This document shows, in pieces, positions 51,979 to 63,199 of a stretch of DNA of 64,000 nucleotides. This DNA is from Malacoraja senta (taxonomy: Eukaryota): the NCBI GenBank assembly GCA_038087875.1, contig CM075987.1, positions 5,208,001 to 5,272,000 of the forward strand. The letters are read 5' to 3'. Each line of letters starts with the position of its first letter. Position 1 is the stretch's first letter. The position numbers and the translations under genes were made by a program. Below the pieces are notes generated by a model. That model did not search any database, was not told where the DNA came from, and saw nothing but the letters and a program-made list of their open reading frames with translations.

Positions 51979-52303
51979 ATAAGGTCTAAGGTCCTTCATT
52001 TAGTCAATTACAATGGAAAGAGTTGCTGGAATATTTAAAATACAGGAAAATTGACAGCATTTCAATCTCAAGGAGACGACGAGCCCTCAAACAAGAATGA
52101 ATTTGACAGAGAAAGGCACAAAATGCTGAAGTAACTCATTGGGTCAGACAACATCTTTGGAGGACATGCATAGAAGATGTTTTGAGCCTGGAGCCTTCTT
52201 CAGAAAGATTGTGGTGGGAGAGTGGGAAGGGAAATCAAGTTCCCAATCCAAAAAGCCACCTATCCATGTCCTCCAGAGATGCTGCCTGACCCGCTGAATT
52301 ACT

Positions 52304-52640
52304 CATAAGTTATAGGAGCAGAATTAGGCCAATCGGCCCATCAAGTCTGCTCCACCATTCAATCATGGCTGATCAATCTTTCCCTCTCAATCCCATTCTC
52401 CTGCCTTCTCCCCATAACCCCTGACACCCGTACTAATCAAGAATTAATCTATCTCCACCATTAACTTGGCTTCCACAGCCGTCTGTGGCAATGACTTCCA
52501 TGGATTCACCACAACTCTGACTAATGAAATTCCTCCTCGTCTCCTTTCTGAAGGTACATTCTTTTATTCTGAGGCTATGGCCACTGGCCCTAGACTCTCC
52601 CACCAGTGGAAACATCCTATCTGCATCCACCCTATCCAGG
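52304..52640 (-). mobile_element. CR1 3' fragment nested in a PLE fold-back
   Basis: GLDRVDADRMFPLVGESRASGHSLRIK. Confidence 0.85.
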
Positions 52641-53246
52641 CCCGTCTCTTTTTTCTGGTAAACCAGCATCTGCAGTTTCTTGTTTCGACACGAATATGAC
52701 TAGTACCATTAAAGTTAGCTTTCAATACATCACCAAGTTCATGACTGCTTACAGCGATATTGAGACTGAACATGCTCCAAGTTATCCTTTTACATCGCAG
52801 GCCACCTTGTGAAATACTTCCCCCAATACTCCCAATGAGTTTTAAGCAGCAAAAATCAAACTCTCCAAACAGCCCAACAAGCAGTAATTATCGAGCAATG
52901 ATAACTGCCCACATTATTGGACTGAATTCTTGCACAGCAAATAGCAGTCACAATGAATGACGTATTTTTATCCTCCACAGTAAATGTAGTTAGGAGAGCA
53001 ACTATGCGCCGTGAAACTGACTCTAGTGATCTGTGATAAAGAATGGCGCAGTTATTTCATGAATAAATTACTAAAACCTGGCAACTTAACATAAGGTCCA
53101 GTGTAAGCCCAGTTCTTGGCAGAAGATAAAACCCAATAGACAAAAAAGATATTCAAAATCATGATGGGATCCTGTTTTTTTCCTGACCGTGCCCTTACGA
53201 GGGACAAGTTTTCAGTCCAAAATAAAGAACTGTTTCAATTTGGTAG

Positions 53247-53447
53247 AAAGGAGATGCTGGTTTAAACCGAAGAGAGAGACAAAAAGCTGGGGTAACTCAG
53301 CAGGTCAGACAGCATCTCTGGAGAAAAGGAATAGGTGACGTTTCGGGTCGAGACCCTTAGAAGGGTCTCGATCCAAAACGTCACCTATTCCTTTAACTCC
53401 AGAGATGCTGCCTGACCCGCTGAGTAACTCCAGCCTTTTGTGTCTAT
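53247..53447. mobile_element. PLE-derived fold-back element
   Basis: Near-perfect inverted arms centred on GAGACCCTT-AG-AAGGGTCTC. Confidence 0.8.
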
Positions 53448-55030
53448 TTTCTGTTTCATTTTGATATTGCACATAAAAGACTGGGATGTCAAAATTGATT
53501 TTGATACCAGAAATGTTATATGCTTCTTCGTGGAAGAAACTCATAACATTTCTGGTTTAAAAAATGATTACATTTTGCAAAGGTTGTTAAAACAAAAGCA
53601 GAAAGCATGAGTCTGTCCGAATTGTTCTCTTGTAACACGTTTGAATTTTTAAATCTTCTAAACCAGTTGTACAATTTATCTGATTATTACACAATTTATA
53701 CCAGAAACATATAGCACCACAAAACTGGTGCCTGGAGTAAGTGTGGAAATCAACCTGTTACAATAGCGAATGTTGTCTTTTTTTTAAAGTCTTTGTGATA
53801 TTCAATCAATCATATAACATAGGGAAAGTTAAGCTGGCCATATATGGCCATAACCAAGCTTCTATACAACCTTGCATGTACAGGAAATTTATAATGAAAA
53901 GCTGCCAAGGTTTATTACAAAGTCGATAGTAAGCCAAAAGTACGTTCTCCTTGTTTAGTTGGGCAGGCACAAGAAGCACCAGATCAACATCAGCCGAATT
54001 ATGGATCACATCATGCATTTCTCTCCTCATTTTAAAATTTCTTTCCAATTTTACGTGGCCTCACTTCAATCTTTTTCTTTTAATTTCATTCAAACTTCAA
54101 CTGGCTTTTTCTTGTGCCATGTGTGTCTATGAGCAATCGCTATTCCTTCCTTTCGTCACCACAAGAAAATCTTCAGCACACATAGCTTCAAGGCAGGATA
54201 TTGTGTCTTATTTGTACAGATTTTGTTTTCAACAAGATGGCAGAAGGGGTAACATTCAGCTGGGGAAAGTAGAAACTGATCACGCTCTAAATTAAATGCC
54301 GGGGTTCTCCGTCCCCCTCCCCCGCCCCAATCCTGGCATGGGAAATACTGAAATTTCAAGGGGATATGCAAAAAAAGTAAAATTGACAGCAAATGACAAT
54401 CTGTGCTGTAGCCTGTCTTGCCACATGACAACAGCACTTTGAGATACACAGAATAGAGTTCAAGGCAGAAGATGCACCTTTGTGATTACCATCAAACGCA
54501 AGCCATTCCACTTTGATGATAAACCATCAGGGGTGGCCCAATGGCACTTGTTGGGTATCTAAAGAGATTGTTTATTTTAGCCTAAAGCAGAAAATTTAAT
54601 CTACATCAGAGATTAATTGTTTGAAGTTAAAAAACAAGAAGCACTTTTAAAGAAACAACTGATCTGTCTATATAGGCGATCCGAAAGACAGGCTTTTAAC
54701 ATATCACTGAAATGCTGGTTTGAAGTTTGTAGTTTTACCTCATCTTATTACAACAGATAATTTCCTGCACCGCGAAAGGTAATTGGAGTTCATTGGCTAA
54801 CAAACCCCTAAAGTTCTTCTCAGTTAGTAGATGCATGTCTTGAGAAAAATCTTCACTTAACTGTCAACAATTACAAACACAATAGAGAATGGTTAAATTC
54901 CGGCAAAATGCTTGCATACATTTTTCGTATGAATTATGAATCTTCCCATTGTAGTGCGCGCTAGCATTTAAAAATTGTAATACCAAATTTCTATTTTCTT
55001 CATACATTAGACCATAGAAGGAATAACTTT

Positions 55031-55250
55031 GTGTAAGAAGGAACTGCAGATGCTGGTTCACACCGATGATAGGCACAAAAAGCTGGAGTAACTCAGCAGG
55101 TCAGGCAGAATCTCTGGAGAAAAGGAATAGGTGACCTTTTGGGTCGAGACCCTTCATCAGACTGGGGAAGGGTCTTAACCCGATATGTTACCTATTTTCT
55201 CCAGAGATGCTGCCTGATGCGCTGAGTTACTCCAGCATGTTGTGCTTATC
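55031..55250. mobile_element. PLE-derived fold-back element
   Basis: Inverted arms; TSD-like gaataactttgt/gaatacctttgt. Confidence 0.75.
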
Positions 55251-55695
55251 GGAAGAATACCTTTGTTTCAGAAAACTGTATTAACAACAGATCCATCTAC
55301 TCTCCGAGCAGGTGAACTATCTGACGTAGATGACAGATGTAGAGCTTGCTGCAATACCAGTACACAATAGATGCTCCAACTGCTGCGATGTACGCAACAC
55401 CATGGGACTGCAGATACCCTGATTAATAAATCAAGCAATTTCACAAAAAAAGGGTGACTGAAAAGACCACTTGCCAGAAAAGATTGTAAAGAGCTGGGAG
55501 ATTTTCGAAAGCTTCGCTGCGGCTCTAAATGAAATAAAACCAAAGGCCATTTGGTATCTATCTCTTTCCAAATCTGACACTTTGTAACAAAGCTACAAAT
55601 CCATCAAGTCAAATTAGGCTTTTTTTTCCCCACTTGAAATTAAACATTATTTTCAACGTGAAATTATAAGTGGGCATGGATGAGTGTTAATAATA

Positions 55696-55871
55696 TGTAG
55701 GAAGGAACTGCAGATGCTGGTTTAAACCGAAGATAGACACAAAAAGCTGGAGTAACTCAGCGGGACAGGCAGACAGACAGAGTCTGAAGAAGGGTCTTGA
55801 CCCGAAACGTCACTCATTCCTTCTCTCCAGAGATGCTGCCTGTCCCGCTGAGTTACTCCAGCATTTTGTGT
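55696..55871. mobile_element. PLE-derived fold-back element carrying the intact hammerhead
   Basis: Arms gacacaaaaagctggagtaactcagcgggacaggcag / ctgcctgtcccgctgagttactccagcattttgtgtc. Confidence 0.8.
55780..55815 (+). ncRNA. Minimal type I hammerhead ribozyme motif in a PLE-derived repeat (best copy)
   Basis: GAGT-CTGAAGA-A-GGGT(CTTG)ACCC-GAAA-CGTC-ACTC: intact core, 4-bp helix I, 4-bp helix II, palindromic ACGT helix III remnant, GUC triplet. Confidence 0.7.
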
Positions 55872-55912
55872 CATACTTATGTTTCCTTTACATTTGATGC
55901 GTATGAACTTAT

Positions 55913-56188
55913 ATTTAGTTTTAGAGACACAGCGTGGAAACAAGCCCTTCGGCACACCGAGTTCGAGCCTTCCTACGATTACCCGTACACGAGTTTGATC
56001 CTACACACTGGGGACAATTAACAGAAGCCAATTAACCTGCAATCCAGCACATCCTTGGAATGAGCAGCACCTGGTGAAAACCCACAGGGAGAACGTGTAA
56101 ACTTCACACAGCCAGCACCCACAGTCAGGACAGAACCCAGGTCTCTGGCGCTGTAAGGCAGCAACTCTACTGCGGCGACACTGTGCCA
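55913..56188 (-). mobile_element. V-SINE
   Basis: Family match. Confidence 0.8.
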
Positions 56189-56909
56189 TCCCAAAATATA
56201 TATTTTAATGCATTTGTTAGAAATAAAACAATTCTTGATCAGCCATGCATTAATTGAATTTCTCAGGGACTCATAAACAGTGATTCATAATGTCTGGCAC
56301 AGTCCTCAACTGGGCTTATAGATTACTGCTGTCATGACAAGTAAATCCTTTGTAAAACTGTAGTTTAGGAGAATTCTCAAACTTACTACGGCACATACAA
56401 AACATTACACCTTACAATGTATTATTAAATAATTATGCGATGTTGACACTCATCGTCTATAAGCACTGAAGTTCAGCTTTGTTTTAACTAAAGTTTAGAT
56501 ATGGTCCATGCTTTTGCTGACTATTAGGAATATTGTGCAGTTCCTCTCTGAAAAGCACTCACTGAAAGAATTTTACTAATATTCAAAACAGAGGATTTGG
56601 AAAGAATTAGAAGACTTTGCTCTTAAATCAGTCTCTCTTGACCCATTAGGAAATAAGTATGTGGGGATGGAGGCCTGGAATGGGATCCAAGTTAATCCAT
56701 CTAGGGTGGAGAAGGATTGGAATCCAAGTTTTGATTCCTGGTATGTGTGGAGTCAGCTCAGCACAACAGCGATGCAGCAGGGATACTAAGAATGGCTTCT
56801 GTTCTGCTGGCTATAGAGAGAAAGAAAATCAACTGAGAAAAACTGTTGTTCTTTTCCACTCCAATTCCCATCAAACATCCTATGCTGCAAATACGGACTT
56901 GTATGGACT

Positions 56910-57122
56910 GTGTAGGAAGGAACCGCAGATGCTAGTCTAAACCGAAGATAGATACAAAATGCTGGAGTAACAGCGGGCCAGGCAGCTTCATTGGAGAGAA
57001 GGAATGGGTGACGTTTCGGGTAGAGTCTGAAGAAAGGTCTCGACCCGAAACGTCACCCATTCCTTCTCTCCACAGGTGCTGCCTGTCCCGCTGAGTTCCT
57101 CCAGCATTTTGTGTCTATCCTC
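56910..57122. mobile_element. PLE-derived fold-back element
   Basis: Inverted arms; flanks gtatggactgtg/gtgtggactgtg. Confidence 0.75.
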
Positions 57123-57162
57123 GTGTGGACTGTGCAGGATAAAGTCTGCACTTGGCACAGTG

Positions 57163-57447
57163 GACGGCACGGTGGCGCAGCAGTAGAGTTGCTGCCTTTC
57201 AGCGCCAGAGACCCAGGTTCGATCCCAACTACGGATGCTGTCTGTACAGAGTTCTCCCAGTGACCACTTCAGGTTTTCTCCAGGTGCTCCCGTTTCCTCC
57301 CACACTCCAAAGACGTAGAGGTTTGTAGGTTAATTGGCTTTGGTAAAACATTGCAAATTGTCCCTAGTTAGTGTACGGGGTGATCGCTGGTCGAATCGGA
57401 CTCGGTGTGCGGAAAGCCTTTTTTCTGCCGTATATCTCTAAAGTCTA
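57163..57447 (+). mobile_element. HE1-like V-SINE
   Basis: Family match. Confidence 0.85.
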
Positions 57448-57979
57448 CAGACACCATTTTAAAATGGACTGATAAAACACGTGACTTTTTATTCACAACA
57501 GGGTAAACAGGGAGACTAAAGTTCCAATCTAAAGGGCAGGTTTTGGGAGGGAACACCAGAGTTTAGGATTGATATTACTGCATGCAAAAGGGGAGTACGA
57601 TTTGCAGGAGACCAACATTGGAAGAATCAACACAGAATTGGCTTGGAAACAGGGCAAGTTCTGTCGATCAGTCTGAAGAAGCGCTCCGACCCAAAAAGAC
57701 ACCTGTTCCTTTTCTCCAGAGATGCTGCCTGACCCGCAGAGTTACTCCAGCATTTTGTGTCATCTTCGGTATAAACCAGCATCTGCAGTTCTTTTCTGCA
57801 CATGTGTAGGTAGACCCATAATGGATACACACGTTTGAATTTAGTTTATTGTCGCGTGTAACGAGTGGTCAAGGGGAGAACGTACAAACTGACAGCACCC
57901 GTAGTCGGGATCGAACCCGGGTCTGTCGCTGTAAGCGCTGCAAAGCAGCAACTCTACCGCTGCACCACTGTGCCACCCC

Positions 57980-58250
57980 TGAATAGTTCCTTCCCAGCTG
58001 TCATCAGGCAACTGAACCATCCTATTAACAACTAGAGAGCGGTCCTGAGCCATCATCTCCGTCATTGGAGATCCTCGGACTATCTTTAATCGGACTTTGC
58101 CTTGCACTAAACGTTATTCCATTTATCTTATATCTCTACACTGTGGACGGCTCGATTGCAATCATGTTTAGTTTTCCTGCTGTATAAGTAGCACACAACA
58201 AAATGCTTTTCACTGTACCTTGGTACACGTGACAATAAACTGTGTTAAAC
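57980..58250 (+). mobile_element. Rex1/Babar-like 3' tail
   Basis: ..ttttcactgtaccttggtacacgtgacaataaac; same tail reversed at 4600-4815. Confidence 0.6.
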
Positions 58251-58735
58251 TAGGATGTTACCTAAACATAATGCCAAACATGTGATATCTCTGAGCAGTA
58301 TCCATATGAAATGAAAACCCACACTATCAGTATAGAATTTATATTTCCAGGCCATAACAATGCCTGGAAGAACACGTTGTACTATTTAATTCCAAGTCTG
58401 TCACAACCAGTGGCAGTGATGGCAATAATTTGACCCGATTCATTTGGAGCTCTTCAGAAATATGCTAGCGAACTTTAAAGCATGAACTTCATTCAATGTG
58501 ACCTTTTTTTAACACTTGTTCACGGATGTGGAATCACCATCAATGCTGGCATTTACTGTCCATTGTTAATTCTCATTGAACTATGAAGGTGCAGATGATT
58601 CATCAGCATTAATGGGTCTCGTGTAATATAAACCAACCAGTTAAGTACATCAGATTTCTGTCCCTGAAGGACATTGGTGGTATATCTGGTACTTTATTAT
58701 TTATTTTGTGTTTATCGATACTGAAGCTAGCCTTT

Positions 58736-59060
58736 CATAAGCTTCTAGGAGCAGAATTAGGCCATTTGGCACATCAAGTCTACTCCGCCATTCAATCATG
58801 GCTGATCTATCTCTCCCCTTCAACCCCATTCTCCTGCCTGCTCCACACAATTCCCGACACCCAATACTAATCAATAAACTATCTATCTCTACTTAAAAAT
58901 ATCCATTAACTTGGCCTCCAATTCCACACATGCACCACCCTCTGATCAAATAAATTCTTCCTCATCTCCTTTCTAAAGGTACATCCCTTTATTCTGAGGC
59001 TACGCCCTCTGGTCCTAGACGCTCTAGGACCACTGGTGGAAACATCTTCTCCACTCTTTC
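58736..59060 (-). mobile_element. CR1 3' fragment
   Basis: Homologous to 52304-52640. Confidence 0.8.
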
Positions 59061-59584
59061 ACCACCCTATTCATACCATCTATGAAAATCTATTTATGCA
59101 ATATATTAGGTATAATAAAAACAAAAATACTGGATATGTGCAGCAGGTTGGATGGAATTCGGCTGCCTGAACTGCTAAGAATTTCCAATATTTTGTTTCT
59201 CTTTGAAATTTCTCTAGCGCAGAATATACTAGATGACAGAAACTAATCAAACAACGAACACTTCAATTAACTTTATCGAACTAAGCTCTGAAATGGGAGT
59301 GAACTCAATCAAGCAAGGTTCCAACCAATTTTTGATCAGATATTTGCACCGAAACGTGTCCCGTCAACTTCAGTTTTCAGCACAAACTATTATAACGAAC
59401 ATATCAAACAATTTGAGCTTCTACCTTGTCACTCTTTTGCTTTAGCAAAAGGAATTAATCAGATTAGAGCCTCCTAGTCTAAAAGAATAATTTGGAGACA
59501 TGTTTTAGCCAGTGAACCTTAACTAAAATCACAAAACACTACAAATAGTAGATCAGTGGTGAGAGAAACAAAGTTAATATTTTT

Positions 59585-59915
59585 CATAAGTTCTTAAGTG
59601 ATAGGAGCAGAATTTGGCCATGCAGCCCATCATGTCTACTCCGCCATTCAATCACGGCTGATCTATCTTTCCCTTTCAAACCCATTCTCCTGCCTTCTCC
59701 ACATAACCCCCGGCACCAATACTAAGAAATAAACTATCCATCTCTACTTAAAAATAACCATTGACTAGGCCTCGACAGCCTTCTGTGGCAATGAATTCAC
59801 CACCAACTAAATAAATTTCTCCTCATCTCCTTCCTTTTATTCTGAGGCTATGACTTCTGTTCCTAGACGCTTCCACTAGTGGAAACATCCATGTCCACTC
59901 TATCCAAGCCTTTCA
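59585..59915 (-). mobile_element. CR1 3' fragment
   Basis: Homologous to 52304-52640. Confidence 0.8.
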
Positions 59916-60353
59916 CTTCAGTTTTTTAGTTGTTGATCTTTCATCAATAAGCTCTGTTAACATTGATTCCCTCTCTGTTGCTGTTTGCTGACAAGAGTAT
60001 TTCTACTGTTTCCATTTTTATTCCATGTTTACAACATCTGCAGTATTTTGCTGCGCATTTAGCCTTCCTTGGGCAATGTGAACATTGAATAATAAAAGCA
60101 TCAACCATTTATGAAATAAGCACAACGAAAAGAAAAATTATTTCATGTATTTGTAATAAATACACTATATGCAATACATTTTAAATGTAAAGGCAGGTGA
60201 ATAAGAATACATGGGGAAATAAAAACATGCTGAATTTTGAAAATACTATGATCTAGCCATTTTAAATATAATTATTTGATGGGGGGAAATCAAGAGCATG
60301 ATATGTCAGTGAATTGAAGCTGGGAGGCTGTGCCAAGTCTGGAGAACACCATG

Positions 60354-60750
60354 GGATAGCACAGTGGCAGAGCGGTAGAGCTGCTACCTCAGAGCGCCAG
60401 AGACCCGGATTCGATCCTGACTACAGCTGTGGAGTTTGTATGTTCTCCCGGTGAACGCGTGGGTTTCCTCCAGCTGCTCCGGGTTCCTTCCACATCCCAA
60501 AGACGTGCAGGTTTGCAGGTGAGTTGGCTTATGTAAATTGCCCCTAGTATGCAAGATGAGAATGTGGGATAACATCAAACTAGTAGACACAAAATGCTGG
60601 AGTAACTCAGCGGGACAGGCAGCATCTCTGGAAAAAAGGAATGGGTCGTGACCCTTCTCCCTAAACATAGAACTATCGATGGTTGGTGTGGATTGGGTGG
60701 GCCAGATTGCCTATTACCACGCTGTATCTCAAAACAAAACTAGACTAAAC
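60354..60750 (+). mobile_element. V-SINE split by a PLE fragment
   Basis: Family match. Confidence 0.8.
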
Positions 60751-60983
60751 AGAGGGCTTATATGGATAGGTTATGTGAATGGGCTGGAACACGATGGAAT
60801 ATAATATGGACAAATGAAAGATTATCCATTCTGCTTCACAAAGTAGAAAAGCAAAGTATATTTTAATAGGTGAGAGGCTAAATGGCATTGTGTCCTCGCA
60901 GTCAAATCACTGAAAATTCTCACGCAGATACGATAATTATTCAGGAAGACAAATGGTAGGTTGGCCTTTATTACAGGGGGATT

Positions 60984-61068
60984 GGGGATCATGACAGAAG
61001 CCTCCTCGTGGCGATCCCCGGAAACGACACGATGCCCTCTGTGACGCGTCGGGCGATCAATTCTGTCA
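60984..61068 (+). ncRNA. HDV/CPEB3-like self-cleaving ribozyme fold (predicted)
   Basis: P1 GGGGATC/GATCCCC; J1/2 A; P2 TGACAGAA/TTCTGTCA; P3 GCC/GGC; L3 TCCTCGT; P1.1 CC/GG; P4 CGACACG/CGCGTCG (one A-C mismatch); J4/2 GGCGATCAA. Activity untested. Confidence 0.85.
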
Positions 61069-61131
61069 ACGTGTTGGACGACGACGGAAGCCAACAGCAA
61101 GCTACACGTCGTCTGACACACGAGCGAATGA
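60984..61131 (+). mobile_element. 148-bp non-autonomous retroelement headed by an HDV-like ribozyme
   Basis: Flanked by the direct repeat ACAGGGGGATT (60973-60983 and 61132-61142). Removing the insert plus one copy restores the host CR1 frame KTNGRLAFITGGFEKDKDLVLQLYR. 17 CpG in 148 nt. Confidence 0.85.
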
Positions 61132-61290
61132 ACAGGGGGATTTGAAAAAGATAAAGACCTCGTATTGCAGTTATATAGGATTGGTCTCCATACGTCAGGA
61201 TATACATGCAACTGAAGGAGTGCAATGAAGGTCCATCCAGATGGACTTATGGTATTTGTCGTGCAAGAAAAAGAAAAAGAAAAAGGTTCA

Positions 61291-61769
61291 TGGGCCTGTC
61301 CATGAACCTTAGGCGATTTTTTAGGCAACTACAGGCGACTAGGCTGTCACCACATGGTCGCCGGGTTGTCGCCTGTATGGTCGTGAGTCGTCTCCTCTGT
61401 CGCCCAAAGAATCGCAGTGTTTTTCTGGTCGCCGCTGGATTTTGAAATGTTGAAAACTTTTCGGCGACAGTCGGCTTGACGTCAATGAGCGTAGCTTGAC
61501 TTCTCCTGACGTAGGTTGTCGCCAGGATGACGTAGGTTGTCGCCGATGCTGACTTCCATGAATTCCATTGGGGCTACCTCCGTCAACCGGTGACTGGTAC
61601 CGACGACTGAATTGTCTTACCTTGTCGTAGCTTGACGTCGACCAGGTGGTAGATTGTTGTCGACATTGCCATAGATATTGTCGTAGGGGGGGTCCAGTCG
61701 CCGGCTTTTCGGCAACCTGCTATGACAATGACAGTCGCCGAAAAAAATCGCCTAAGTGGGACAGGCCCA
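61291..61769. mobile_element. MITE, PIF/Harbinger-like
   Basis: TIR TGGGCCTGTCC..CTTAGGCGATTTTTT; apparent TCA TSD (an AT 2-bp reading is also possible); arrays of GTCG/TGACGT. Confidence 0.8.
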
Positions 61770-62199
61770 TCAGTCTTCACCTCTCAAGTTTGGAAGAATG
61801 GGATGTGATCACATTGAAACTACAAAGTCCTTCAGGGCGTTACAGTACAGATGGAGGGATGACAGCTGTGGTGTCTTGAAATAAGAAGTGGCCCATTTAG
61901 GACTGAGATGAGAGGTTTCTTCACCCTGTAGGTAATGAATCTTTGGACTGTCTATCCAAATGGCTCATGGAGCCTCAGTAGCAGAGTATATTCAATGATT
62001 AATTCCCAAAATCCATCAAGGGAATTAACTGTTCAAGCAAGAAAGTGGAACTCATGCAGATCAGCATTGATTTATTGAATGATAGAACTCTAATGAGAGG
62101 TTGTGTGGTCGACTCCTACTGTTTCTTATGTTCTTATGACATGCGCACATTTAAAAGATAATTTTCCGCCGAAAGTAAAAACCACAGAGATAGGTTGGG

Positions 62200-62480
62200 G
62201 GGCATCTCAGTGGTAGAGCTGCTACTTTGCAGTGGCAGAGACCTCGGGTGCTGTCTGTGTGATGTTTTAACGTTCTCCCTGCGCCCACGCGAGTTTCCTC
62301 CGGGTGCTCCGGTTTTCTCCCACATCCCAATGACGTGCGGGCTTGCGGGTTAATTGGCCCCTGTAAACTGACCCCAGTGTGTCGGGAGTGAATGCAAAAA
62401 TGGGATAACATAACACTAGTGTGAACAGGTGATCGATAGTCAGTGGGCTGAAGCGCCTGTTTCCATGCTATATCTCTACA
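62200..62480 (+). mobile_element. V-SINE
   Basis: Family match. Confidence 0.8.
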
Positions 62481-62764
62481 CCCAACTAGTGTGATCTTGG
62501 ACAAGAAATAATAACATGATGTTTCGAAAGTGCTCTGCAAAAAGTTGGGAAACTCTTCAAACTCATTGCAATACAATGAACTTATAATGCTAGAGAATAA
62601 ATAAATAAGCAATATGCATCCTACAAAGGATAAATCCAAAAATAGGATTTTCACACATACTTTTAAACAGGTGCCAGAAAAATCGGTGGTGGACCTGTAT
62701 CTTACACTGTTATACTTCAGGATGATTGTGCCTATGTATAAGTAGGATTGTCACTGATCTGTAT

Positions 62765-63088
62765 GTTTAGTTTATTTATTTAGTTTAATGATACCGCGCG
62801 GAAACAGGCTCTTCAGCCTACCGAGTCCACACAGGCCAGCAATCCCTGCACACTAACATTATCTAACACACACTAGGGATAATTCTACATTTACATCAAG
62901 CCAATTAACCTACAAACCTGTACGTATTTGGAGTGTGGGAGGAAACCGAAGATCTCGGAGAAAGCCCACGCAGGTCACGGGGAGAACACACAAACTCCGT
63001 ACAGACACGCAGTACCCATAGTCAGGATCGAACCCGGGTCTCTGGCGCTGTGAGGCACTAGCACTACCGCTGTGCCACCGTGCCGCCC
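62765..63088 (-). mobile_element. HE1-like V-SINE
   Basis: Full-length family match. Confidence 0.9.
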
Positions 63089-63199
63089 AGCTGCAAAAAA
63101 TAATTCCACAGTACCTAGGTATATGTGAGGGTCGGGTACTTTTCGGTGCTGCCGTTTCGGCGCCTCCGTTTGGAGTTCTAAATCTTTGGGATTCTGTAC

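Larger units (their letters stand above)
60750..62130 (+). mobile_element. Old CR1 LINE 3' portion hosting the ribozyme element and a MITE
   Basis: CR1 RT C-terminal motifs (KTNGRLAFI..LQLYR) and tail gactcctactgtttcttatgttcttatg. Confidence 0.75.

Noticed and set aside
61122-61140. GCGAATG as an alternative canonical J4/2 for the ribozyme
   Set aside because: The following bases cannot pair with the P2 5' strand, whereas TTCTGTCA at 61061-61068 gives a perfect 8-bp P2.
60822-61328. Longest ORF in the track (168 aa) and similar ORFs at 4523-5008, 26905-27384 and 62151-62654
   Set aside because: They run across repeat junctions, show no protein-family signature and are chance ORFs; most tracked ORFs are SINE, CR1 or PLE translations.
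61320-61740. Short repeated GTCG/TGACGT units as a CRISPR-like array or foreign DNA
   Set aside because: There is no regular repeat-spacer period; the units lie between TIRs of a MITE in eukaryotic DNA.
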